Shown one piece after another: positions 1 to 11,471 of a DNA stretch of 64,000 nt. Source of the stretch: a virus; the IMG/VR virus record IMGVR_UViG_3300033143_004212, positions 19,405-83,404 of that record. One strand, given 5' to 3'. Position 1 is the first letter of the stretch. Each line of letters opens with the position of its first letter. The translations under genes were made by a program, and so were the position numbers. The notes below the pieces were generated by a model, which saw only the letters and a list, made by a program, of their open reading frames with translations, had not been told where the DNA came from and did no database searches.

Positions 1-83
1 ATAATGATAACTTTTCACTAAATAAAGGTAGCAGAGATGGCTTCTATTCAATCTGCAAGTGCTGTCGTAAGAAGAAGAAATAA
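1..83 (+). CDS. 3' end of a gene running in from the left (Cys-rich C-terminus)
   Basis: Frame from nt 3 reads NDNFSLNKGSRDGFYSICKCCRKKKK then TAA at 81-83. Partial. Confidence 0.6.
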   Translation, partial: NDNFSLNKGSRDGFYSICKCCRKKKK

Positions 84-98
84 GGAAGAGTAAATATT

Positions 99-626
99 AT
101 GGAAGAAGTATGGAAAGATATAGAAGGTTATGATGGTGATTATCAAATTAGCAATAAAGGAAATATAAAAAGTTTTAAAAGAATTAAAGATGGTAAGTTA
201 TTAAAAGCAACTGTAGGTAATACAGGATACTGCACAGTGAAACTATCTAATAAAGATAAAGAAAGAAAGACTTTTAGAGTTCATCGCTTAGTCGCTTTAC
301 ATTTTTTAGAATTAGTAGAAGGGAAAGATAATGTAAACCATAAGAATGGAGATAAAACAGATAATGATGTAAATAATCTTGAATGGTGTACTTATAAAGA
401 AAATAATATTCATGCTCGAAAAACTGGACTTAATAAAGCAAATGGAGAAAAACATTATTGCGCTAAGTTAACAGAAGAAAACGTAAAATATATTAGAGAA
501 AATTATATTAAAGGAAGTAGAACATTTGGACAAGGTGCTCTTTCAAGAAAATTTGGAGTGTCTCAATCGCAAATCTTTAATGTAGTTCATAATATAACCT
601 GAAAAAAGAAAAATAAAAAACAATAA
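99..626 (+). CDS. NUMOD4-HNH homing endonuclease (TGA 600-602 read as Trp)
   Basis: N-terminal EVWKDIEGYDGDYQISNKG (NUMOD4) and VHRLVA...VNHKNGDKTDN...NLEW (HNH). Readthrough gives HNITWKKKNKKQ then TAA. Confidence 0.85.
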
Positions 627-685
627 GAGTTCCAAGTGATGTTATTTTCTCTTGGGACTATGAGTCGTTAAGGAGAGAACCAGAA

Positions 686-1786
686 ATGGCAGAAAAGAAA
701 AAATGTTCCAATTGTCAAAGAGAACGTCCTTTAAAAGAGTTCTGAAAATCAAATAATCTTGAAATGTATCCCGGAGATGGTAAAGTTGACCTTTGCCGCT
801 TATGTCTTACTAAAGGTGTCAAAGATTTGAATGACTGAGCAGGAGTACGTGAAATATGTAAAGTGCTAGATTATCCTTTTATTCAAAGTAAATGGGATGA
901 CGTAGTTAAGAAAATGCGTGAGAATGCGGAAAGATACGATATTTCAACAGAGAAGAAAAAAAGAGAAACTATTCGTAAGACTATTGGTGACTATGCGCGA
1001 ATAATGAAATTAGGAAAATATATGAAAATGACTTACGAAGATTCCGATGAGATAGTGACTCTTGTCGCGGATGCGACTGACATAGCCGTTGAGCAGAAAC
1101 GAAAAGAAAAAGAACAAGAATTAGAAGAAGTAAGAGAAGCTAGTATGGGAAGTTTTTCTATAGAGGAAAGAGCCTTTCTTATGGCGAAATGGAGAACTAC
1201 AGATTTAGAAGATATGTTATGGTTAGAGAATTATTATTTAAGTATGATGGAAGATTTTGAAATAACTACTACTTCACATAAAGATTATTTAAGAAAAATT
1301 TGTAAAATATCTTTAAACTTAGATAAAGCAATTGAAGCGAATGATGGAGACAATATTAAAATATTACGTGCTACTTATAGTGCTTTTATGAAAGAAGGAA
1401 ATTTTACAGAGCAACAAGCTAATAAAGATAAATCTAATTTTGTTTCTTCTTTTGGAGAACTTGCGGCATTCCTTGAAGTAGAAGGTTTTGTAGAAATGAT
1501 AGATTTAACTTTCCCAAGAGATATGGTAGATAGAACGATAGGTAACTTAAATTCTTATATAAGAGACCTTGTTTTAAATGAGAGTGGACTTGCGGATTTA
1601 CTTGAATCTACAATCCAACTAATGAATGCTCCTGATGAAGATGAAGATGCTGATTATGAATACGGTTCTGATTATATGTGAGAAGATGATTTAGAAATAG
1701 ATTGGTCAAAAATAGATGAAGAGGAAGAAGATGAAGTTGACGAAGAAGTAAAAGAAAAAGTTGAAGGTGAAAAGAAAGATGAATAA
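686..1786 (+). CDS. Putative terminase small subunit / packaging protein with N-terminal CxxC...CxxC, 366 aa, 3 TGA (743, 836, 1679)
   Basis: SD AGGAGA before ATG 686. Reads MAEKKKCSNCQRERPLKEF[W]KSNN...CRLC in frame with the 863 ORF, with an acidic tail to TAA 1786 overlapping the TerL start. Function inferred from position. Confidence 0.65.
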
Positions 1787-3572
1787 TCTTACAGATAAAA
1801 GAAGACAACAAATTTTTCTTAGTGTAAAACAGCAAATAGATGAAGCAAAATTAAGAAATAGTAAAAGCAATAAAAAAGAAGATATTACTGAAGCAAGAGT
1901 AGTTGGTATAAAAGACGAATTGCGCAAACAATTTAGTTTTTGGAAAGCTTATCCCGATTTATTTTTGGATACTATCTTACCTAAAAGTTCTAGTTTTAAT
2001 TTTTATTTTTATCAAAGATTATTTCTTAGAATAGCAATTCGATATAAACTTGTTTATGCGACTTTTACTCGTGCGTTTTCAAAATCTTTTTTATCTATTA
2101 TTATAGAATATTTAAAATGTATCTTTTACCCCGGAGCGAAGCAATTTATTACAACAGGTGGTAAAGGACAAGCCGCGCAAATTGCGGAAGAAAAAATAAA
2201 AGAGATATGAGGAATTTGACCAGTATTAAAAGACGAACTTGTAAAATGGAGTTTCCAAAAAGATGGCGTTAAATTAGAATTCAAAAATGGTTCTATTCTT
2301 GATGTTGTTGGTATGAGAGATTCTACTCGTGGAGGACGTAGACATGGAGGTCTTATTGAAGAAGCTATACTTATTGATGGTAATCGTTTAAATGAAGTAA
2401 TTATTCCACTTATGAATATTAGTAGAACAGGTATGGATGGAGTTAAAGACCCAAGAGATGTAAATAATAAAAGTCAAATTTATGTTACGACTGCAGGTTA
2501 TAAGGGCAGTTTTGCATATGAGAAATTAATACAAGTTTTATTATGGCAAATAATTAAACCTAAAGAAGCTTTTGTACTTGGTGGCGATTATCGTATACCA
2601 GTTATGCATGGACTCTTGGATAAAAACTTTATTAAAGAATTAAAAGCAGATGGAACGTATAATGAAATGTCATTTTCTAGAGAATATGGATCCAGATGGT
2701 CAGGAACAAAAGATGGCGCTTTCTTTGATGCTGAAATCATATCAAAATATAGAGTTTTAGGTAATTCAGAGATTCAACCTGATGGAAGAAGTAGTAAAGA
2801 TACTTTTTATGTTTTTGGTATTGATGTTGGTAGACATAGAGCTCAAACAATAGTAGTTATTATTAAAGTTACTTTAAATCGTACAACTGGTGCTTGGGAT
2901 AAAAAAATAGTAAATTTACATGTATTTGAAGACATGCATTTTGAAGACCAAGCCGGAGAAATTAAATATCTATTTAATATATTCCGTCCTAGAGCAATTG
3001 CGATAGATGGTACTGGTTTAGGTACTGGATTAATAGACTTCTTAGTAAAAGAAACAGATTATAATGGAGTCTTATATGAACCTTTTGGTGTGCTCGGAGA
3101 AGATTATAAAGAGGATTATGAAGCTTATATTGTTCATAATACTATTCCAATTCTTTATATAGTTAAAGCAACTCCTGCTATTAATAGTGCAATGCATTCA
3201 AATATATATTCACAATTAACAGGAGGTCGAATTAAATTCTTAGCAAATGAACGTATTGCTAAAACTAAGTTTGCTTCTAAAAAAGGTTGGTCTAAATTGG
3301 CATCTGATAGTAGGGCAGAAAAGTTAAAACCATTTACTTTAACTTCTATATTAAAAGAAGAAATGCTGAACCTTAAAAGAGATGGGGAAGGAGCCGATAT
3401 TAGGTTAAAACGAGTTCATTCTAAAATTGGAAAGGATAAATTTTCTGCTCTTGAAATTGGATTATATTATATTTATCTTAAAGAAAGAGAAAAGAAAACT
3501 AGACGTGTTGGAATTGAAAGCATAATAAAAACGAAAAAGAAAAAGAAAAAAACTTGGAAGAGATGGGGATAA
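1779..3572 (+). CDS. Terminase large subunit, 597 aa, 2 TGA (2208, 2217)
   Basis: ORFs 1761 and 2313 are in the same frame, joined by EI[W]GI[W]PVLK. Motifs TRAFSKS (Walker A-like), RGGRR..GLIEEA (Walker B), GIDVGR, IAIDGTGLG and KDKFSAL (nuclease). Confidence 0.9.
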
Positions 3573-3645
3573 TAACTAAATCCCTTCTCTTTTTTATGAA
3601 AATGTGGTATAATTATATAAACGGTAGGAGGTGTAAAAAGATAAA

Positions 3646-5121
3646 ATGCTTAATAAAAGAAATGGAAATAAAAGCAGATATGCACAAGGAAATGGAGAAA
3701 ATGATTTAGAACCTTTAAAAAATATGAAGGCTATATATGATGCTCCAGAAATTCCTAAATATAATTTTACAGAAGATGCGATTAGAACAGCAATAAATAA
3801 TTTAGATGTGCCAAAAATGAGGGACATTTCTTTGTATTTCTATTATGCAAGTAAGAGTTATGGTAGATTAGTAGATTATTTCGCTAATATGTTAACTTTT
3901 GATTATTTAATTGTCCCAAAAAAACAATATAATCAAAAGAAAACAACTCCTGAAAAAATAGAAGAAGAATTAGCTGTAGTTTTAGATGTGTTTAAAAAAA
4001 GTAGAGTAAAACAAGAATTTAGAGAAATAGCTAGAAAAGTTATGATAGAAGGAGTATTTTTTGGATATTTAGTTTTTGCTTCTGATACTTGGGAAGTTCA
4101 AGAATTACCTTATAAATATTGTGAAACGAATTTCCAATATATGGGAATTCCAATTATAGAATTCAATCTAGAGTACTTTGATAGAGAGTTTAGAGATGAA
4201 AAATTAAGACTTGTAGTTTTAGAAACATATCCAGATGAAATAGCATCTGCTTATGATGTTTATAAAAATAATGGTGGCGATAAAATTTTTTATGTAGAAC
4301 CTAAACATTCTATGGTATTTTCTCAAAATGATAATCTCATTCCTTATTTGATCAGTATTATTTTAGATGTTATTAGATTTAATAATTATAAAGCTATTGA
4401 TGAAATTAGAAATGAACAAGAAATATTAAAACTTATAATTCAAAAGCTTCCAGTTGCAAAAGATGGAACTTTATTATTCTCTCCAGATGAAATGGAATAT
4501 TTACACAATATAGTTGCAGATATGATAGATGAAATGCCATCAATTGACTTGATTACTTCATATGCTGATGTAACAACTGAGAATCTTCAAGACCAAAAGA
4601 ATACAGCGCAGAACTCAATGAATAATGCGAAAGATAATATTTATGCTGAAGCAGGTGTTAGTTCTCAATTAATGGATGCTCAAGGGAATATTGCATTGGA
4701 CAAATCTATTAAAATAGATGAAGGTGAAATGTTTAATTTATTAGAGGCGCTAAAAAATTATTTCCAATTTGTTTTAGATGTAGAATATACATCTGCTAAA
4801 TTGTCTTATAATTTAATAATGCCTGAATTAACTATTTTTAACAGACAAGAATGGTTTGACAGATATCTAAAAGGTGGTCAATTTGGCTATCCTAAACTTT
4901 TAGCTTCTTTAGCTATGGGAATTGATCAATTAAGTTTTTATGATTTGTTAGAATACGAAGATGGTATTCTAAAATTAACAGAAAAAATGATTCCATTAAA
5001 ATCTAGTCATACTGAATCTTCAAATGGTTCAGATGCCGGAAATGACGATAAAGGTGGTAGCCCTGGTACTAAAGATGACAAAAAAGATGACAAAACAATA
5101 GACAATCTGAATAATGATTAA
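3646..5121 (+). CDS. Portal protein
   Basis: 491 aa directly after TerL, ending IPLKSSHT plus a low-complexity tail. Assignment mainly from synteny. Confidence 0.75.
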   Translation: MLNKRNGNKSRYAQGNGENDLEPLKNMKAIYDAPEIPKYNFTEDAIRTAINNLDVPKMRDISLYFYYASKSYGRLVDYFANMLTFDYLIVPKKQYNQKKTTPEKIEEELAVVLDVFKKSRVKQEFREIARKVMIEGVFFGYLVFASDTWEVQELPYKYCETNFQYMGIPIIEFNLEYFDREFRDEKLRLVVLETYPDEIASAYDVYKNNGGDKIFYVEPKHSMVFSQNDNLIPYLISIILDVIRFNNYKAIDEIRNEQEILKLIIQKLPVAKDGTLLFSPDEMEYLHNIVADMIDEMPSIDLITSYADVTTENLQDQKNTAQNSMNNAKDNIYAEAGVSSQLMDAQGNIALDKSIKIDEGEMFNLLEALKNYFQFVLDVEYTSAKLSYNLIMPELTIFNRQEWFDRYLKGGQFGYPKLLASLAMGIDQLSFYDLLEYEDGILKLTEKMIPLKSSHTESSNGSDAGNDDKGGSPGTKDDKKDDKTIDNLNND

Positions 5122-5131
5122 GGAGGTAAAT

Positions 5132-6574
5132 ATGGGAAAAAGAGATACAACAAAATTCTCTAATTGCTCTGTTAAAGTAACTTTTGTAGAAACAAAATAT
5201 GATTCAGATACGAATCCTCTTTTTTCAAAAGTTAAAATTAATTTCCTTTATAAGGGAATGAATAGGAATGGAAGTTATATTTCTAAACGAGTTGCGGAAA
5301 AAATGGGAGCGGCTATTAGTTACACTCCAATCATTGGAGAATTTTTAAAAGAAAAAGAAGATTTTGGAACACATGGTGGAAAATTAACTATTACAAGCGA
5401 AGATGTAATTTATGAAGAAACAACTGTTCCATACGGAGTTGTTGGCGCGGCTGACAATCTTTGGTGGGAAGACGTAGAAGATGATGATGGGAATGTACAA
5501 TCATATCTAACTACTTGAGGTTATTTATGGACTAAAAGATATCCTGATGCTGAAGTAGTTTTATCTGATAATAACTGGCAATCAATGGAGCTAGATAATG
5601 ACAGTGTGAAAGGGAGATGGATTCAAAAAAAAGATAGTGAAGATTTCTATTTTAAAATTGATGAAGCTCTTATTAGTGCTTTCTGCATCTTAGGACCTGA
5701 TGTTCGTCCTGCTTTTGAAAGATCGCAAGTTAAAAGTTTTTCACTAGCAGAAAATATGGGTAGCAGTTTTAAAGAAGAGTTTGAAGAAATGAAAGAAGAT
5801 TTTAAAACTTTCTTATTTACTTTGGGCGAAAAAGAACAAACTGATACTGATAATCTTAATAATGATTTAGAGGGAGGAACAGATTCTATGTTATTTAAAT
5901 TAAATATCGAAAATCCAAGTTCATTATTCTCTAGTTTAAATCCAGAAGATATTGCAACTAAGATCATCGTTAATGAAACAGATAACACTGTTACTTACTT
6001 TGATTTAGAAGACGGTAAATTCTATGCTAGACAATTTACTATGAATGAGGAAGAAGAGATAGTTTGGGCAGAAGAAGAACCTGTAGTTTATGAATATGGT
6101 CAACTTCCAAATGCTGAATTAGAGCAATCTAATGCAGAATTAACAGAAGATGTCGCTATTTTAAAAAATGCAGAAATCGATTTTGAAGCTCAAATAGAAA
6201 CAAAAGATGGCTCTATAGTAGAACTTAATAAAACTGTTGAAACATTAAATGGAACAATAGAAACATTAAATACTTCTATTGGAGAATATGAAGAATATAA
6301 AAAAGAAAAAGTAGCAGAAGAGAAAGAAAGTTTAATTGCAGGATTTGCAGAAAAACTATCTGAAGAAGTTATCGAATCAATCGAAAAAGAAATTAATAAT
6401 TTCACATTAGAAGAAATCGAAGCTAAACTTATTCGTGCTTTTTATGAAGAAAACAAGGGTGATGATATAGACAACTCTAAATTCACTCATAATAATAAAC
6501 CACATAAATCAAGTAATACACCTGATTGGTTTAAAGCTGTTAAAACAGTGGTTAATAAGAACGAAGAAAAATAA
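5132..6574 (+). CDS. Prohead protease-scaffold fusion, 480 aa, TGA at 5516
   Basis: AGGAGG before ATG 5132. ORFs 5114 and 5585 share a frame. Motifs G.NRNGSYISK, YLTT[W]GYLWTKRY, QSMEL and FCILG..V.PAFE, with an acidic coiled-coil C-terminus. Confidence 0.75.
5888..6574 (+). CDS. Probable nested scaffold protein from an internal in-frame start
   Basis: Strong SD GGGAGGA precedes in-frame ATG 5888 (MLFKLNIE), giving an acidic coiled-coil product. Confidence 0.5.
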   Translation: MLFKLNIENPSSLFSSLNPEDIATKIIVNETDNTVTYFDLEDGKFYARQFTMNEEEEIVWAEEEPVVYEYGQLPNAELEQSNAELTEDVAILKNAEIDFEAQIETKDGSIVELNKTVETLNGTIETLNTSIGEYEEYKKEKVAEEKESLIAGFAEKLSEEVIESIEKEINNFTLEEIEAKLIRAFYEENKGDDIDNSKFTHNNKPHKSSNTPDWFKAVKTVVNKNEEK

Positions 6575-6595
6575 TTTAAGGGAGGAAATCACATT

Positions 6596-7183
6596 ATGGC
6601 TAGATTAGCAATGAGTACGACTTATGGCGTATTAGAAATGAACAGAGTTGCGGCTGTAGATACTAAGCAAGTATTTTCTCAACTTCCATTAGATGCAACA
6701 GACTTTGCAAGCATCGCTTGTGAAAATGGTATGGTATGCGTTTACGATGAAGTTGCAGGAGCAGTTAGATTACCTGATGAGGACACAGGTGTAGTTATTG
6801 AAGAAGTACAACTTGTTGGAACTCATGAATTCTATTACGAAAATGCCGAATTAGGAGAATTTGCAGTATCAATCGAAACAACTGCAGTTAAATACTCTAC
6901 TATCGGACATGCGGGAACTGCCGCAGATCAATACACTTACCCAGATCTATACAACTTAACTGTTGGAGATACTTTTACTACAAATACTGTAGATTTAGAT
7001 TCTACTGCTTTCGCTGATACTTCAGTTGGAGAATATTTTACAGCTAGAGCTACAGGATTACTATTTTATGATGGAGCTACTGCTAATGCAGGTTCAGGAC
7101 TAATTTGTGTAATTATCAAAAAGTATACAGTACCAAATGGAGACGAAGCTTTCAAACTAAAAGTAGTACAAGTAAGAGTGTAA
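6596..7183 (+). CDS. Head decoration/cement-like protein
   Basis: Lies between scaffold and capsid genes, with a strong SD and codon usage like a highly expressed gene. Confidence 0.55.
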   Translation: MARLAMSTTYGVLEMNRVAAVDTKQVFSQLPLDATDFASIACENGMVCVYDEVAGAVRLPDEDTGVVIEEVQLVGTHEFYYENAELGEFAVSIETTAVKYSTIGHAGTAADQYTYPDLYNLTVGDTFTTNTVDLDSTAFADTSVGEYFTARATGLLFYDGATANAGSGLICVIIKKYTVPNGDEAFKLKVVQVRV

Positions 7184-7220
7184 TCAAAAAATAATTAATT
7201 AATTGGGAGGTTAAGAACTT

Positions 7221-8219
7221 ATGAAATTTGAAGAAGTTAGAGCGTTAGCGAAAAAAGTAGTTGTTGCTAAGCCTAATATGACGTTTACTTTCGATGGTGA
7301 GACTGTTAATACAGATCAAATGATGGAAGCATTGAAAGATGGACTGAATGAATTAGCAGGCGACTATAAAGCGTATAGACGTAATAAAGTAGATGTCTTC
7401 GAGTTAATCGAAGAAACTGCAGATCTTTATCTACCTGCGAAAGTAGAAGCTTCTATTGGTAGATTTGCAGAAATTAAAAATACAGAACATGGACAAAAAC
7501 CAAAGTTCTCTTTAAAAGTTGGTAAAGGAAGAGGTAAACAATTTGTAACAAAAGTTGGTACTTCAGGAATTTACGAAGTATTCAGACTTGACAAAGTTGA
7601 ATTTACTGTTGAAACTGACAGAGTTGGTGGCGCAGGAGTCATCTCTTTAGAGAGATTATTAACTGGTGCTGAAAACTTAATTGACATCTTAGATGTTATT
7701 TTAGAAGGTATCGAAGATACTATCTATGGTCAAGTACAAACAGCTTTACAAGCATCTTTAACAGCAGGTCCTGCTAGTAACTACGGTTCTAATGCTGGAT
7801 TCTCAGCAACAATCATGCAAGGATTATTAAATACAGTTTCTGCTTACGGAAAACCTGTTATTTATTGTACTCCTGAATTTGCGGCAACTATCGTTCCAGA
7901 TGATGGATGGATAGGAGCAGTAGATATGACAGAAAAAAGAGAATATGGATATATCGGAAAATGGAATGGTGCTCCAGTTAACGTTATGCCACAATCTTTT
8001 GTTGATGAAACTAACCTAGTTAAAGTTTTCAATCCTAAATTTGCTTACATTATCCCTGCAGGAAAAGAAAAAATCGTTAAGGTTTTATTCGAAGGTCCAA
8101 CAGTGGTAGCAGAATTAGAAAACAGAAACAGAACTAGAGAAATTTCAGCTACTAAAAAAATCGGTGTTGCAGTACTTTATAACAACCAATTCGCTCTTTT
8201 CCAAAATACTAGTCTATAA
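7221..8219 (+). CDS. Major capsid protein
   Basis: 332 aa at the canonical position, with biased codon usage and YRRNK..FELIEE and G.IGKWNG.PV segments. Confidence 0.8.
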   Translation: MKFEEVRALAKKVVVAKPNMTFTFDGETVNTDQMMEALKDGLNELAGDYKAYRRNKVDVFELIEETADLYLPAKVEASIGRFAEIKNTEHGQKPKFSLKVGKGRGKQFVTKVGTSGIYEVFRLDKVEFTVETDRVGGAGVISLERLLTGAENLIDILDVILEGIEDTIYGQVQTALQASLTAGPASNYGSNAGFSATIMQGLLNTVSAYGKPVIYCTPEFAATIVPDDGWIGAVDMTEKREYGYIGKWNGAPVNVMPQSFVDETNLVKVFNPKFAYIIPAGKEKIVKVLFEGPTVVAELENRNRTREISATKKIGVAVLYNNQFALFQNTSL

Positions 8220-8222
8220 GAT

Positions 8223-8251
8223 TTGTGTTTTTAGAGAAAGTGTAGTATAAT
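8223..8251 (+). promoter_or_regulatory. sigma-A-type promoter
   Basis: TTGTGT-17 nt-TATAAT upstream of 8332. Confidence 0.5.
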
Positions 8252-8274
8252 ATAAGTACAAGGAATAAAAAAAT

Positions 8275-8300
8275 ATGGGGATAATTAATTTTATCCCCGT
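8275..8300 (+). terminator. Hairpin after the capsid gene
   Basis: GGGGATA-ATTAATTT-TATCCCC. Confidence 0.6.
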
Positions 8301-8331
8301 AATTTTACTATAGAGAAATAAGGAGGAAACA

Positions 8332-8940
8332 ATGGCTAAAAAAGATATTTTACCAACTACTTTATGTAAGGTTATTAGTATAACACCTGGATTGAATGGA
8401 TTAACTGCTCCATCTTTTCATTATCATATCGTTTTTAAACGTCCTGGACAAGTAATGCGAGTTAGATTTGAGATTTTACAAGATGCACTCCATGCTGATG
8501 ATTCTTATATGTTAAATCACTGTTTAAGAGTTATGGATGGAGATGTGCGAAGAGAACTTGGATTAAATGATGATATCGAGTATAGTTTAAGTTTAGCAGA
8601 TGTAGAAAAAATTATTTTATCAGGAACGCTTGAAGAATTAAGAGATTTATTCACTTATGGACCAGAAGGATATGCAAGATTAGCGGCAGATTTAGCTGTT
8701 AGAAAAGGTATGGATAGTACTGCTAAACTTGAATTAATTCAAGAATATAGTGGAATAAATGTTATTTTCCAAATTAAAGAAGGAATAGGACTTGATGAAA
8801 TAGAGGCAGAAGTAGAAAGAAAAACTGAAAGAAGTTATGATACAGTTAAAAAAGATGAACCAGAGGAAGTAGATGAGATTGAAGAAGAAGATAATAAAGA
8901 AGCTGCTTTACCTAAGTACACTAGAGTAGATAAGAAATAA
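8332..8940 (+). CDS. Hypothetical head-module protein
   Basis: 202 aa ORF with AGGAGG SD. Confidence 0.6.
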   Translation: MAKKDILPTTLCKVISITPGLNGLTAPSFHYHIVFKRPGQVMRVRFEILQDALHADDSYMLNHCLRVMDGDVRRELGLNDDIEYSLSLADVEKIILSGTLEELRDLFTYGPEGYARLAADLAVRKGMDSTAKLELIQEYSGINVIFQIKEGIGLDEIEAEVERKTERSYDTVKKDEPEEVDEIEEEDNKEAALPKYTRVDKK

Positions 8941-8943
8941 TTT

Positions 8944-8967
8944 TAACTGGCGTACGCCAGTTTTTTA
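8944..8967 (+). terminator. Intrinsic terminator
   Basis: AACTGGCG-TA-CGCCAGTT followed by a T run. Confidence 0.65.
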
Positions 8968-8983
8968 TTGAGGAGGTTAAGAG

Positions 8984-9433
8984 ATGGTAACAAAATTTCA
9001 AGATGTTTATGATTTATTCTTTGGTACTATTACAGATGATCTTTATATAAGCATGACGATAGAAGATACAAAAGCTGATGCACAAACCTTCTTATTACTA
9101 TCAATGGGAGAATTTAAATATTGTAAATTAGATCTTTTAGATTATAATTTATCTTTAAAATCTTGGAATATAGAATTAACGCTTGATGAAATGACTCATT
9201 TAGTATTTTTAATGAAAAAGTTTTGGTTAAAAAGACAAATTGATGATACTAATATAACTGATCAAAAAATTTATTCAGATAAAGATATAAAGGTATATTC
9301 TCAAGCAAATCATTTAGATGTTTTATTAAAAGCTTATAAAGAATCTAAATTAGATGTGAGAAAAGATAAAGATAGTTATAATAGAATTGATGGAAGTAGG
9401 AATGCTCGTTTAGGAGCAACAGCAGGCAAGTAA
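8984..9433 (+). CDS. Head-tail adaptor-like protein
   Basis: 149 aa with F.DVYDLF...ITD at the N-terminus and YSQANHL. Neck position. Confidence 0.55.
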   Translation: MVTKFQDVYDLFFGTITDDLYISMTIEDTKADAQTFLLLSMGEFKYCKLDLLDYNLSLKSWNIELTLDEMTHLVFLMKKFWLKRQIDDTNITDQKIYSDKDIKVYSQANHLDVLLKAYKESKLDVRKDKDSYNRIDGSRNARLGATAGK

Positions 9434-9450
9434 GGAAGTAGGTAAGAGAT

Positions 9451-9747
9451 ATGAATAATGTTACTTTTATAAAATCAGATTGAGAAGTCTACCTACGTTG
9501 GTTAAAAAATCAGATATATAAATTACTTCCTTTAAGAGAGGAAAAAGGAGAATGGAAAAAATTTGCTGAATCTCTTATATGAGAATTAAAAGGAGCAGAC
9601 AATATTCAAAACAAAGTACCATTAATGAGTTTGATATTTAAATTATCTGCATTAACCAAAATGGAAGATTTTAGAATTTATAGAAAGACTATATTTGAAT
9701 GTATAAATTTAATTAATAAATTCGAATTAAAGCTAGGTGAAGAATAG
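9451..9747 (+). CDS. Neck-region protein, 98 aa, visible only with TGA=Trp (9481, 9580)
   Basis: MNNVTFIKSD[W]EVYLRWLKNQIYKLLPLREEKGEW...LI[W]ELKG...YRKTIFECINL... ends TAG 9747, abutting ATG 9748 and filling the gap exactly. Confidence 0.8.
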
Positions 9748-10962
9748 ATGGCAAACTTTTTTGATTTATACAAACGAAGAATGGCGATTAAAGGTAATTC
9801 TTTTTCAGAGAAAATGGAAAAAAATGCTAAAAAGGTATATGATACGTATATGAAAGATGCAAAAATAGAAACTGCTTATATTAATTTAAATACGTATGAA
9901 GTTGCAATGATTATAGATAAATCTGATGAAACTTTAAAACAATATATAGTTCTTGCAGATAAAGATTCTGTATTTGCAACTGGAGTAGTTTTTGAAATAG
10001 ATTATGTATTTTATATTATTTTACATGAAGAAGAAACTGCTCATGACCAGTATTTTAAAGGTTATGCAAAGAAATGTACTGACAATATAAATATAAAAAC
10101 TGAAACAGGATTATATAATTATTGGGTATATGTTGAAGGTGCAAATAAAATTAATATGAAAAGAACTGAAGAAGGCAATATAATTATAGATGACAACCAA
10201 GAGACTGGTAAAGTTATTATGAATAAAGGAGAAGGTTTTGAAAGTATTAAACCTTTACAAACTAGATTCTTTATAGGACAAGACGTATATAAAGTAACTG
10301 GAAAAAGTACATTAAGAGATTTAGGATATTTAACAGTACAAAGTGATGATATTAATACATTTAGAGATAATTTTGCGATTGGAATTGCAAATTATTATGA
10401 TGAAGTTACTCCTGAATACAATTACTATATCTCCGCAGAACTTGTTCCAGATGTTGTAATAACAAAAGATACAGAATATGCTATATCAGATATATTAGAA
10501 ATTGTAATAAAAGATAATTTAGGTAATCTAGTAAGTAAACCTTATACAATAGATGTAATTGCTACGGAAATTAATATAGATGGAAGTAATATTACTCCTT
10601 TAGAATTGGGAAATCATACTATTTATTTTACTTTAGATGATGATAAAAATTCAAGAGCTACAGTTGTAATTGATGTAGTAAAAGAAGGTACTACTGTTTA
10701 TGATTTCACTGGAGAAGATACTTTAATTTGGTCAGAAGAATCTGATTATATTATAACTAAAACAGTCGGTGGAACTCCTACTCCTGCAGTTTGGGTATTT
10801 ACTATTGAACAGGGAGATAGTTTAGTTGACTTAGTAATTATAGATGACTCTTCTTGCACTATTACCGCGAAAGAAGATATAGAAGTTGGAGATGTTGTTC
10901 TATTGGCAAAAAGCGGTGCTGAAGAAGTTAGAAAGAAAATAAGAATTAAAGCATGGTGGTAA
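9748..10962 (+). CDS. Head-closure/neck protein with C-terminal Ig-like beta domains
   Basis: 404 aa with a beta-rich C-terminal half. Assignment from synteny. Confidence 0.5.
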   Translation: MANFFDLYKRRMAIKGNSFSEKMEKNAKKVYDTYMKDAKIETAYINLNTYEVAMIIDKSDETLKQYIVLADKDSVFATGVVFEIDYVFYIILHEEETAHDQYFKGYAKKCTDNINIKTETGLYNYWVYVEGANKINMKRTEEGNIIIDDNQETGKVIMNKGEGFESIKPLQTRFFIGQDVYKVTGKSTLRDLGYLTVQSDDINTFRDNFAIGIANYYDEVTPEYNYYISAELVPDVVITKDTEYAISDILEIVIKDNLGNLVSKPYTIDVIATEINIDGSNITPLELGNHTIYFTLDDDKNSRATVVIDVVKEGTTVYDFTGEDTLIWSEESDYIITKTVGGTPTPAVWVFTIEQGDSLVDLVIIDDSSCTITAKEDIEVGDVVLLAKSGAEEVRKKIRIKAWW

Positions 10963-10976
10963 AAGGAGGTTAAAAG

Positions 10977-11471
10977 ATGGAACGCTCAAGAACAAATAGA
11001 GCAGTTTATAAAATGAATGCAAGTTTAAATAAAATAGCAAGAATACTTGCAGATGATGAAGAATTAAGAAAATTATTATTTTATCCATCAGATACTTTAG
11101 ATGATAATTTAGTAGATGTTACTAAAACAGAAGTAATAAATAAATGTACAGATATAGTAGCAAATTATCCTGATAGTATGGAATCTATTGGTGGTTTTTT
11201 AGTTATTGGGATTCCAGAAGGACATAGGAATAAAAATAATCCAAAATATTTTGATATCGTTCTTACTATTGATATAATGGTACATGAGGGCAGTGAAAAA
11301 TTTGGAGTAGGATTAAAAGCTCTTGAAATTTTTAATTTAATTGATTATTTGCTTACTGAAACAGATATACAGGGTATTGGTTTATTAAAATTAAAAGATT
11401 TCTTTTATCAAGTTTATACGCCAACTGTAAAAGGTTATACAATTGTTTTTACTAATAGAGATATGAACTAA
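10977..11471 (+). CDS. Tail terminator-like protein
   Basis: 164 aa with DEELRKLLFY and IQGIG.L. Assignment from synteny. Confidence 0.45.
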   Translation: MERSRTNRAVYKMNASLNKIARILADDEELRKLLFYPSDTLDDNLVDVTKTEVINKCTDIVANYPDSMESIGGFLVIGIPEGHRNKNNPKYFDIVLTIDIMVHEGSEKFGVGLKALEIFNLIDYLLTETDIQGIGLLKLKDFFYQVYTPTVKGYTIVFTNRDMN

